Below are positions 32,875-43,794 of a stretch of DNA of 46,038 nt, piece by piece (position 1 is the first letter of the stretch; each line of letters starts with the position of its first letter). The notes under the pieces are model-generated. The model ran no database searches. It had not been told where the DNA came from and saw only the letters and a program-made list of their open reading frames with translations. Made by a program: the position numbers and the translations under genes. Source of the stretch: Dimargaris cristalligena (taxonomy: Eukaryota); assembly GCA_003614675.1 (NCBI GenBank), contig ML002296.1, positions 1 to 46,038 of the forward strand, in the 5' to 3' direction.

Positions 32875-34671
32875 ATGGCAGCAAACCGCCATTTCTTATT
32901 ATTACCACATCCGATGGCTTACCAGGCGTTACAGCGGATACCGGGCCTAGCTCGACACTCTGCCCGTCTAGCAGCCACAGGTAACAGTGGGCTACTAGGA
33001 CGTCTCCCTGGAACCTTCTTCCGCTTCCCGGTGGGGCATGCCTCCTTGATCCCATGGCAGCCATTGGCGAGGGGATCGACAGCATGGCAGCACACTAGCG
33101 CTTCCACCACCCCGGCGGCCGCGCCACCCAAGAGTAGATTCGACGGCAGGCCAACCACCCCGGTTCTCCAACAATCCCCCGAATTCAGTCCCATTCCGTA
33201 CCAAACCCTTTCGATCTACTCGTTTGCACCTCAGCCACCCGGGGTCGGCTCCGGCTCTAACTCCGGTGCTACCAATCCCTGTGGATCGTCAGGTAGCCAC
33301 TCGGCCCGGCTATCCGATCCGAAAATCCTTCTCGAGCCTATCCGCCAACGCCTCTACGAGGTTCTATCGCAATACCAAGTTACCGGCCGTATTTACCTCT
33401 CACCGGAAGGTATCAATGCCCAGGTTTCCTGTCCCGTACCGTATTTAAGCGAACTTCGGTCCGCGTTAGAGGACACCGGGCTGATGCATCCGACCCGGTA
33501 CGAATGGAACCTAAGTCTACCGAATGGGGCTGGGCATGGGGATACTACTAAGCGGACTTCGCCCTCGGTTCGGGGACCTCGACCTCGGGGACCCCCCGGA
33601 ATGGCCGCAGCCCAGCGGACGGTCCAGAAGGGCGATTTTCCGGACCTGCGGATGAAAATTAGATCGCAAATTGTGGCGGATAAACTACCAGTACCGGCCA
33701 CGGTGGATGTCCATAGCCACTGGGCCGATCATGTAGAACCCTCCGAATTTGACCGTCGAATCCGAAAGCTATTGGCTCTACCCGTTGATGGACCTACTTT
33801 ACCACTGTCACCACCATTGTCGACATCAGCAACAGCATTAACATCCGCATCAACACCGTCTTTATCCTCTTCCTTAGTAACTCCACCGCAATTCCCTAAC
33901 ATTCCCCCATCGCCCCAACTCATTGATATGCGCAACCACTACGAATCCGAAATCGGCTATTTCGTCGGTGCCACCCGCCTGAATTCTGATACATTCGAGG
34001 AAGCCATGCGGGAACAGCTCGACCAAGTGGTGGACCAAGCGAAGCGGGAGGCGAACGATGGCCAAGGGGACTCGGACCCCGAAATTCTCATGTACTGTAC
34101 CGGTGGTATTCGGTGTACCAAAGCGGGGGCGTACCTTAAATCGCAGGGCCTCAGTAAAGTGGCCGTATTAAAGGGAGGAATTACCGCCTACGGCCAATAC
34201 ATTCGTTTGGCAACGGCTGCGACAGCGATACCGCTAGTGTCCCCCAGTCACTCCCCGCCTTCCCTGTTTGTAGGCAAGAACTTCACTTTTGATAATCGGC
34301 GCGGTGAACGGGTGACTCCCCACGTAGTCAGTCGCTGTCACCAATGTGGCCATACCCCCTGGGACGACTATACGAACTGTATGAACCGCGCCTGTCATTT
34401 ACTGTTTATCCAATGCCCCGCGTGTGCGGCCAAGCACCACCGAACGTGTGGTCAGCCCGCTTGCTTGAACTCGGTAGCACCCGCTCATCCAGATGACGAT
34501 GCCTACCCGGTGAGGGGAGGAAATGCTAGAAAGCCGGAGGAAGGGGCTGCTATGGCCTACGATTACCATAAGCAAATTCGACCCCGGGACGTACTCACTG
34601 CGCGAGCTAGCGGCAATGGCCATACCCCTCCTCCTTCAAACCCACCTCAATCTACGAGGCCGATGGACTAA
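32875..34671 (+). CDS. TrhO/YceA (UPF0176)-family rhodanese-domain protein, probably mitochondrial; start at 32875 or 32914
   Basis: GRIYLSPEGINAQVS, IDMRNHYESEIGYF-x-GA, MYCTGGIRCTKA, LKGGITAY, F-x-GKNFTFDNR and C-terminal CHQCG...NC-x-N-x-x-CHLLFIQC-x-x-C; Arg-rich N-terminus without acidic residues. Confidence 0.9.
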   Translation: MAANRHFLLLPHPMAYQALQRIPGLARHSARLAATGNSGLLGRLPGTFFRFPVGHASLIPWQPLARGSTAWQHTSASTTPAAAPPKSRFDGRPTTPVLQQSPEFSPIPYQTLSIYSFAPQPPGVGSGSNSGATNPCGSSGSHSARLSDPKILLEPIRQRLYEVLSQYQVTGRIYLSPEGINAQVSCPVPYLSELRSALEDTGLMHPTRYEWNLSLPNGAGHGDTTKRTSPSVRGPRPRGPPGMAAAQRTVQKGDFPDLRMKIRSQIVADKLPVPATVDVHSHWADHVEPSEFDRRIRKLLALPVDGPTLPLSPPLSTSATALTSASTPSLSSSLVTPPQFPNIPPSPQLIDMRNHYESEIGYFVGATRLNSDTFEEAMREQLDQVVDQAKREANDGQGDSDPEILMYCTGGIRCTKAGAYLKSQGLSKVAVLKGGITAYGQYIRLATAATAIPLVSPSHSPPSLFVGKNFTFDNRRGERVTPHVVSRCHQCGHTPWDDYTNCMNRACHLLFIQCPACAAKHHRTCGQPACLNSVAPAHPDDDAYPVRGGNARKPEEGAAMAYDYHKQIRPRDVLTARASGNGHTPPPSNPPQSTRPMD

Positions 34672-35137
34672 TTACTGTGCTTAATGAATTGCCGGGTTAG
34701 TAGTGTCTATAAAATAAAGATAGGTTATTTAATGGTCTACATGAGTTAATATTTACAAATATAATATAACAATCGCGCATATATCTGCATTAAGAGAATA
34801 GGTGTATAGAGCCCCACAATGGTTCGCCTACTTACCCACATAATTATTCGACAATTCGCCCTTTTAAGACTGTGGCTCAACCCAGACCAGTGTGCCGAAG
34901 CTCTCGATTTCTCAATGGGATGGTGTCATTATTGCTATCATTTTGGGGGTGGTTACATATTTATTCGTGAAGGGTTGTGTACTTTTGATAAATCTTTTCA
35001 AGTTAGAGGATATCCGGGATGGATGTGGTGTGTTGTGAAGGTGGTAAATAGTAGAACTACCTTAAGTAAGGAAGGCATAATTTTCGGTGAATAGTGAGAT
35101 ATGAAAGGCATTTTACGAATACTACTATTAAAAAAAA

Positions 35138-36521
35138 TTAGAACATACCACCGCCCATGCCACCCATACCGCCCATACCACCAGCACCAGCAGCCGGAGC
35201 GGCGTTCTCCTTAGGGGGAGCATCGACGATCATGCATTCCGAAGTAGTGAGGAGGGAAGCGACACCAGAAGCATCAACCAAAGCAGTGCGGACAACCTTG
35301 AGGGGGTCCAGAATACCGCGCTCGATCATATCACCATATTCGCCGGTGGCGGCATCAAAACCGTAGTTGAAGTCCTTGAGGTGCTGTTCGAGGATCTTGC
35401 CCACCACGACGGAACCTTCACCGCCGGCGTTGTTGACGATGGTACGGCAGGGACGCTGGATGGCGGCGCGGACGATGTTGACACCAAGGTGTTGGTCAAA
35501 GTTGGGGGCCTTATAGTCCGCCAGGCATTCGGTGGCCTTGAGGAGGGCGACACCCCCGCCGGGAACGATACCTTCTTCGACGGCGGCGCGGGTGGCGTTG
35601 AGGGCATCGACGATGCGGTCCTTCTTCTCACCAACCTCGACTTCGGAGACACCGCCAACGCGGATGACGGCGACACCACCGGAGAGCTTGGCCAGGCGGT
35701 CCTGGAGCTTCTCGCGCTCGTAGTCGGAGATGGCGGGGTCGTTAATGGAGGCCCTGATCTGTTCGCAACGCTGGGTGATGTTCTCCTTGGCGGTCTGGCT
35801 GTCGAGGAAGACGGTGTCTTCCTTAGTTACGGAGACGGAACCAATGGAACCCAGGTCATCGAGGGTAGCCTTCTCCAGCTTCATCTCGAGCTCGTCCGAG
35901 AAGACAGTGGAGTTGGTGAGGACAGCCAAATCGCCCAGGATAGACTTGCGGTTGTCACCGAAGCCGGGGGCCTTGACGGCGCATACCTGAAGCTGGCCGC
36001 GCAGTTTGTTGACGACGCAGGCGGCGAGGGCCTCACCGTCGATGTCTTCGGCCACAATCAGCAGGGGACGGCGGGCCTTGGCGGCGGCCTCCATGGAGGG
36101 AATGATGTCCTGGAGCAGGGAGATTTTCTTCTCGGACAGCAGGATGAGGGGGTTCTCGAGCTCGCACTTCTGGTTTTTGGGGTTGGTGATGAAGTAGGGG
36201 GAGATGTAGCCCCGGTCGAAGCGCATACCCTCGGTGACTTCGAGCTCATCCTCGATAGTCTTACCCTCCTTGCAGGTGATGACACCCTCCTTGCCGACTT
36301 TCTCCATGGCCTGGGCAATCAGCTGGCCGATGGCCTTATCGCCGTTGGCGGAGATAGTGGCCACCTGGGCGATTTCCTCGCTGGTGGTGATGGGGCGGGC
36401 CTTCTCCTTCAAAAAGGTCACCACCATATCGACGGCGGTCTGGACGCCCCGGCGCAGGTCCATGGGGTTGCATCCGGCGGCGACGTTCTTGACGCCCTCG
36501 GTGAAAATAGCGCGGGTCAGC

Positions 36522-36553
<32 letters not shown>

Positions 36554-36883
36554 CTCGTTGGTCTTGTTGGCCACGTCCTGGACTAGCTTGGCGCCCAGGT
36601 TCTCAAACTTATTCTCGAGGGTGATGCTCTTGGCTACGGTGACACCGTCCTTGGTGATCTTGGGGCTGCCGTAGGCCTGTTCGATCAGCACATTGCGACC
36701 GCGGGGACCCAGGGTCACAGCGACGGCGTTGGCCAATAAATCGACACCGCGAAGCAGAGCGGCCCGGCCTTCAACGCCGAATTTGATCTCCTTGTGGGTG
36801 GAGTAGAGGCTAAGCTGGAGGGCGGACACCCGCTTGGGGGCGGACCGGGCAGCGGTCTGGGAGGCGCGAACAATACTGGACAT
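35138..36883 (-). CDS. HSP60: Mitochondrial chaperonin Hsp60 (581 aa)
   Basis: aaaATG at 36883, presequence, [39 protein letters not shown] and GGM tail. Probable 5'UTR intron 37086-36892 (GTAAGT...CTAG). Confidence 0.98.
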
Positions 36884-37841
36884 TTTGAAAACTAGAAAGG
36901 TGGGGAATGGCAAATAGCAATGGAGGGAAGGGGAGTGAGACAAGGAGTGGAGAAGGAGATCCAATATGAGCTGAGGCAGAGGAAGAGACTACTCCTGAAA
37001 TAGTGGGCTGATCAGTGGGTGGAGTGGAGGAGGGTCGGCTGTCAAGGATCTTTGGGGGAGGAGCGGGAGGGTTTCAAAGGACTTACCGTTTAGCAAGTCA
37101 CACAACGGATTGAAGTGGAAATAAGATAGGCAACTAAACTAGACAGGCGAGCCTTGGGATAAGTGATAAGTAGGAGGAGGAGAGGAGGAGAGGAGGAGAG
37201 GTCAACGTAATGATTGAATGAATGAATGCGTGTGTGTGATACCACCAGCCTGAGAGCATATAGCCAACTCATGCGCTTATTGAGAGGTGGCCATAACGGG
37301 GAAGGCCCCCAATAGGGGACACTTTTTTTCTCGAACCCTTGGGAGAGACGGCGGTGGATGTTGTCTTCCCCGTTGGGTCTTCGTTGAAACGGATGAATAA
37401 TAATACTACTCTTCTACACATGCGCTTAATAAGAACCAGCCAGCCGTGGTGATTGGTGTGGCCCAGAGAACCCGATGGAACCGCAGCACCGCCAGGTGTT
37501 AGAGATAAACACCCCACCGGCCAATCATAGTATACAAAGAAGTCCCACCCACTAGATGCATTGACTAAGTCGCAGTCCCCCTTGATACTCTCAACCCGGC
37601 ATCTATTGGGCGCAGTCTTCCTTAATTCACACCCCACATACACACACAACCGCCAACCACGAAAGCAACCTTATCTGTTTTTGTGCGTACTATTGCCTGC
37701 CTACCCTACCCCCTCCCCTTCTCTCTTGTTTCACTCACCGCCGCCGCCCCTTCTTCTTCCTTTACCTCGCAGCCCGTCTCACTTGTTCGATACTCACCCA
37801 GCCTCGTTTGCGAATTATCCTCCACTTGTCCATTTCCCATT
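36884..37841. promoter_or_regulatory. Shared divergent promoter region of HSP60/HSP10
   Basis: Head-to-head starts ~960 bp apart; CCAAT boxes on both strands (~37452, ~37521); partial HSE-like TTCtcGAA (~37328) and GAA-N7-GAA (~37468). Confidence 0.6.
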
Positions 37842-38337
37842 ATGGTAAGCCACAGAGCTGAATCCACTATGATCCAGCAACCCCTCCACCCTGGAATTCC
37901 CGCAAAGCCCAAATAATATCCCCCGCCATGCAATATGAGTATGTGCTAACCCCCATAGGCTGACTACATTCATTCCTCCAACTTTTATTTTTATTTTCGA
38001 TCACCCCGCCCCCGTTCTCTACCTATAGTCTGCCCGTTCCGGTATCCGCAAGATCGTCCCTCTGCTCGACCGCATTCTGGTCAAGCGCATTCAGCCCGAA
38101 CAGCGCACCACGTCGGGTCTCTACATCCCCGAGAAGAGCCAGGAGGCCATGCAAGAAGGAAACGTCGTGGCCGTTGGCCCGGGCCTGATTACTAAGGAGG
38201 GCAAAACCATTCCCCTCCAGCTCAAGGAGGGTGACCGTGTCGTGCTCCCCCAGTTCGGCGGTGCCACCGTCAAGCTGAACGGCGAAGAACTTCTGCTCAT
38301 GCGCGAGAACGAGGTTCTGGCCAAGATTGAAGAGTAA
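37842..38337 (+). CDS. HSP10: Mitochondrial co-chaperonin Hsp10; exons 37842-37844 (ATG only) and 38029-38337, 103 aa
   Basis: ATG|GTAAGC...TAG|SARSGIRKIVPLLDRILVKRIQPEQRTTSGLYIPEKSQEAMQEGNVVAVGPG...GDRVVLPQFGG...ENEVLAKIEE. Confidence 0.95.
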
Positions 38338-38785
38338 AAGAATGCATCTATCCTTTTATGCTCTTCCCTAAAATAAAACTATAATCATACCCCCTCTCTA
38401 CCCGGTTTAGCAGGTGGTCAGGCGGTGTTTATAATTGGGACTGCTCTCCCTCCTCCATATGGGGACGGTCGCCATTCTGACTAATTGCTATATAAAATCA
38501 TTTAACTAAATTGTTTCCCCCCCGAATATTCGAAAATTTGCTTGAGCAGCTTGGCCAGGACTATGTAATGATGTAACGCTCTTGATCCTCGTTGTGCTGA
38601 TATAACTTTTATTCAAACCAGTCGATCCAGTGGAAAAATGATTTTAAGAAGGGAGAAGGATACCAACCAACCATTTCATCGGCCTCTGGACACATGGTTC
38701 TAGAAGAAAATCACATGAAATACCGAGTGCTAGAAGTAGGCGGGGTATATCTAAATAACATCTCCCCTTTTCCCAAGTGGCCGAC

Positions 38786-40505
38786 TCAGGCTGAATAATT
38801 CCCAGCATAAAATTTATCCTGATCGTAGAGCCAGGCACTCAGCTGACGGCCGCCGAACCACCGTCCATTAAGGGCAGCCAAAGCGGTTTGCGATCCTGTA
38901 GCATCCGTAAACTGGACGAAAATCTTGACCTGCCGTTCCGGCAAAGGGTCGGAAGGGGTAGTGTGTACGACCACTTTAACCACCTGCCCGAAATTGGAGC
39001 ATTCCTGCGCGAATTCTTCCTGCAGTTCGTCGTCTACTTCTTCCAAGCCGACGGCATTGGCGATGCAGACCACAGTGGATACGCCACGCTGCGCCAGTCT
39101 TTTCATGAGGGAGTACCGTTGGTTAGCATCGATACTCATATTCTCCTCTTTAGCCACGGAGTCCTGTTGCTGCTGTTGGGGCGGTTGTCCGTATGGCGCC
39201 GCCGAGCCGTTGGACAACTGGGAACCCCCCCGCAGTCGCAGAATCGACCGATCCATTACCCCCCCAGCCTTGGTTGGAAACGGCCACGGCATTGGCGGAG
39301 GAGCCCATAGATAGGGAGGGGGGCGCCGCGGCCGGCATAAGTAGAGTGGGCACTACAGTGGCCGGCGTCGTTCCCGAAGCGGTTGTGCCCCGGGCCGCCC
39401 CTAGGGCTTCGGGGGAAAGGTTGAGTTCCGGAACCCGGTCCAGGGCGGACATGCCCTCCGGGAGCGGACCACCCACTACGGCTTTACGGATCCGTAGAGG
39501 CATTCCGCCCAAGTCGAACCCGTTCATGGCGGCCAGGGCCATTTGGGAGGCCTGAGCGTCCCCAAATTCGATATAGCCGTACCCCTTATGCTTACGCCTT
39601 AGCACATCAGGGATCAGGACGCACTTTACGGGGGTTCCGAACGGTTCGAAAATGCTAGCTACGTTGGCCTCACTCACGAACTCGTTGACGTTGGCTACGT
39701 AAAGACGGCCCGGGGGCGGAGGAGGTAGCGTGGCAATCAGTCCCGGGTTGTAATGGTTAGGCCGGCCCACGCGTAGGGAACGGCCTCCCAACTGGGCGCC
39801 GTTAAGGGCCTCCACGGCCATATCACCTCCCTCGGGGGTCTCGTACTCCAAAAAACAGAAACCCTTGTGGTGGCCCACCACCGGATCAATGGACATGCTC
39901 AGGGCCTTGATGGCCCCGTACTGGGCAAAAATGGCCCGGATGTGGTCTTCGTTGAGATCGAAATTGATGGAACCAATGTAGACATTAGATAAATTGTCCA
40001 GGGTGGAGGGATCGATATCGGAATTGAAAAAGGGATTGGTGGATAAGAGGCCCGGTGGGATGTCGGGCACGGGATCACCCGAGGTGATGCTGTGTAGAAG
40101 CTACACAAGAGGTATAGTTCAATAGGTTAAGGATATAGGTTAATATAGAGGGTATAAATGATGGTAGAAGAACGGCATATATATATAAGTCGGTTCTTTG
40201 AATTGAGGACACGCCCTCGCTACATTAGTAAACCATTCACGTAGTTTCTAGTCAGGCATAACGGCCTTTTTCGGAAATGGCAAATCACCAAACAGGACAA
40301 GTTGGGGGTAGATTCGGCTACTTACAATAGGCTTCATGTCCTTGGCGTATGACTTGGCGCGCTCGATGTTGGCCTTGCTGCTCTCAGCCAGAGACAAATT
40401 CGACACCTGCTTGACCCACGCCGGCAATTGACCTGGAAGTTGGGGGTAGCTGGAAGTGGCGGGTGGTTGGTGGCCATTGGTGGAGGAAGATGGTGTTGGC
40501 TCCAT
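38786..40505 (-). CDS. PUF60/half-pint-like splicing factor (RRM1-RRM2-UHM); exons 40505-40326 and 40100-38786, apparent 1-nt frameshift near 39225-39265
   Basis: NVYIGSINFDL, HHKGFCFLEYETPE, LGGRSLRVGRPN, RLYVANV, KHKGYGYIEF, MNGFDLGG; in a second frame EENMSI...RY-x-LM-x-RL and UHM (VKIFVQF...LNGRWFGGR...YDQ-x-x-F). Confidence 0.85.
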
Positions 40506-42383
40506 GGCTTGAAATGTGAAAAGGGGGGGGTGGGTGCGCGATGAGGCGAGATGAGGGCGGGCGCTGGTTGAGGGCAAATTAAGCGGGTCAGTAAAAAAAG
40601 GGAATTGTTTAAAATGACTATAATTGGAGGTTACGTAGAAACTGAATGGGAGTAGCTAAAGAAAACAATGGAAGTTGAGTTACAACCACTAGTACGCGTC
40701 GAGGCTCCTGCTTGGTGGTAAAGGGCTATATTTCCACAATTGGGTCGAATAGTTGAATGGGACGAGGGTATTTTGGAATGGACGAACAGTAATCCCTTTA
40801 GTGCTGCACTGGTAGTGTTTTACCTATACTCTGCCAATTCCTTCATATTCCCACCACCTCGTAAACGGATTATATTCCAATTGTATCAGCTAAGCCAAAG
40901 CTTAATGGCAAGGTCACGTGCGTTCGAGCTCGCTCCCTCGGAGCTTAAATTATAGAGGGCTAGACTAGGGCTACCCATTTGAATGTCTAACGAGCTAGCT
41001 CCATTTGTGAACCAATTTAGTAGCTACTAGTTGGATCCCAAAACCACCCTTATAACCGCTATAGCTAGACGATTTCGAGTTTCATGTTTACGCTATATAA
41101 AACCACTGGCGGGACTAAGATAGTTGGGATATTGAACGTTTAACGCGCTGGTCGGCCCCCGTAGTCCCCAAGCGTAGGAGGGTTCTTAGACCAGTAGAGC
41201 AAAAGTAACCCATGAAATATGTAAACTGACGGGGTATATTAATCGTTAGTTGGTATACCTAAATGGTAGTACGCGGGCCCGGTATTATCACAGCCCCCAG
41301 GCATCGTCAATTAATCGCATAGGGAGTCTTAAGGTTAACACGCACCCTTGGGTGTTAAATGTGGGGTATGTCACTGCCACTATAGTCAATTTGGACTATA
41401 CCCTAAAGACTCCCGAGGCGCGGCTATTAAGCGGTCCCTCCACCGTCTATTAAGGTAGTCAGACGATAACAACCCGTATCAGTAGAATGACATAGCCATT
41501 TATCCCGGCACGCCGACATATCTCTAAGTATACCAATTTGCGAAGGCCTGGTTTTAACTGTACTAACACATAGGCCACTATTCTAACCATTCGACCCCCA
41601 TGCATTAAATATGATTTATGTTGACAATTTCGCCAGCTACTTTAGCCCACACCCATTGCTTAACAAGTCCACCACGGAGCAGTTGGATTTATGTTTTACC
41701 TGTACAACATCGACCAACACTACAGGCGAAAGGAGGGGGTGGTGGGGTTGTACGATAACAGAGCGGCGGACCATATGACACTGCTCACCGCTATCTGTAC
41801 CTCATTTCAAGGAACAGAGGCAGATGGGCGACCGGTGGCGGTAAGTGTGTATAGTTGACGAGAGGGTGGTCCAATTGGACTTAGGAATAACCGAGCAGCG
41901 AGGGGGCCATTGCTGCTATCCCACCGCATTTCCCCTATTGCTCAAAGGATTAAAAGTCGGCAGGTGGAATCGGTGGGCAATAGACCACAGAAGGAGGGGT
42001 GAAGTGACCTTTTTCATATCCGCGTGGCTGTACAAACGGCCAAACCCCCAACCAGTAACCTCTTCCTGCTATATGCACCAGTCTCTCTATAGTCTTCCCC
42101 CCATCCATTTGGGTGGGCTGCTCCTAAACTGCTGAGCAGCGTACCCTATTACCACTTTCCTCTGGCTGGTGTTAGTGTGCCTTCCAGTACAGTTGCTCCG
42201 ACTTGGCAGGACCCTTTCCCCCTCCCTAACTCTCTTTCCTCCCATTCCTTCGTTCCATTAGACCCCTTCAGTTCCTATTTCTCGTCATTTAGTAGATTTA
42301 GTCCAGGTTTTTATTTATTCCCCTTCTTTTAGCCTTTCTTTGCTCTTCCTCTATTTTCCTTCGTCCAATATCCGTCGTTCCCC

Positions 42384-43263
42384 ATGGGCTACTCCTACTC
42401 TTACTCCTACTCCTACTGGTACGGGTTGGGCCTCGTGTCTTTCCTGGCCGCCTACACCACCCTCTACCTCCTCTTCACCAACCGGGGTGAGCGCTTCAAT
42501 GTGGGCGATTTCCTGACCGCCACCTCCCCTTACTACTGGGCCCTCCTCGGCATCGGCCTGTGCATCGGTCTCAGTGTCGTGGGCGCGTCGTGGGGCATTT
42601 TCACCACCGGTTCCAGTATTCTCGGCGGTGCCGTCCGGGCCCCCCGCATTCAAACCAAGAATCTCATCAGCATCATCTTCTGTGAGGTCGTGGCTATCTA
42701 TGGCGTCATTATGGCTATTGTGTTTTCCGCTAAACTGTCCGCCGTCACGTCGCCCGGTCAGGTTGATGACGACTACCAGCTGGCTTTTGCCCCGGCCCAT
42801 TACTTCACCGGCTACGCCATTTTCTGGGGGGGCTTGATTGTGGGACTGTGCAACTTGCTGTGCGGTGTCTGTGTCGGCATCACCGGAAGTAATGCCGCCC
42901 TGGCCGACGCCCAGAACCCGACCTTGTTCGTTAAAATCCTCGTGGTGGAAATTTTCGGGAGTGTCCTGGGCTTGTTCGGCTTGATTACCGGTTTATTGAT
43001 GGTAAGTCAATGGGTGGAAGAGGGAGGGTGGGCTTTACAGCGGTTCGTCTTGGTCTTTGGACGGGTCGGGAGGCCAAGGGAATGCGCCTATAATCTAACC
43101 AGCGTCTTCTACCCCCGCTCGATGAGGCCATTGCGGACTCGGCTATACCTAACCATAATGCCTTTAAACCACCTTGTACTAACTGAGTAATTATGTCTAT
43201 TGACCCGCCCTGAATTATATGTTGGCCATACAGACCAGTAACATCGAAGGCTTCAGTGGGTAA
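42384..43263 (+). CDS. VMA16: V-ATPase V0 proteolipid subunit c''; exons 42384-43001 and 43234-43263, 215 aa
   Basis: GERFNVG-x-FL, GLSVVGA-x-WGIF-x-TGSSILG, [46 protein letters not shown] donor at 43002 and CAG acceptor at 43233. Confidence 0.96.
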
Positions 43264-43794
43264 TTCTCGATCTCCAAGCCTTACTAAAACACACCGTATG
43301 GGTGCCGTATTATCCCCAGTTCCGTGGATGGCGGCGCGTATGTACCGGCATTTCACTGCTTGCTTATGAACAGCCTATCTAGTCTAGTGACGCCGTACCT
43401 CCCTTTTGGATTTTATACCGTTTATTTTTATTCTTGTCTTCGTCATCTCGACTTTACTCCCACTTTGTTTCCATGCCCGTATTTTTATTTACCGTACCCC
43501 ACTTCATTCATCAATTCGACATTTCGGATACTTCCAAAATTGATGACCAGAAAAATTGCTTCAAAATGAAACTAACTACTAAATAAACCACTTGTAGTTG
43601 GCGTTTTATCCTTCGATTAGTGCCGTATACTCAATTCATGGCTATAGAGGGACTGCTTTGTGAGTGCAGTTGGCTAGCCCCGTCCGATTATCCGCCAGGG
43701 ACATGCCAGCCAAGCAGTATATAAGCGAAATTCAGCACAGTGGTATACTTATAATGAGGCGTGGATGGCAAATTACGCAGTATCTGTTATAACC

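Noticed and set aside
22942-34671. TYW1 and the TrhO-like gene as a tRNA-modification cluster
   Set aside because: Over 7 kb apart with unrelated sequence between them, and probably acting in different compartments.
35381-36586. 401-aa ORF antisense to HSP60, and similar antisense ORFs over FCP1, TYW1 and the secreted gene
   Set aside because: Expected shadow of GC-ending codon bias in the sense gene; no independent motifs.
40890-40945. GTTCGAG as a tRNA T-loop
   Set aside because: No cloverleaf or acceptor stem.
42390-42416. [10 protein letters not shown]-terminal repeat in VMA16
   Set aside because: Simple hexamer slippage in a poorly conserved N-terminus.
43002-43190. C-terminal extension of the V-ATPase c'' ORF
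   Set aside because: Read-through into an intron (GTAAGT at 43002); a normal short last exon follows.
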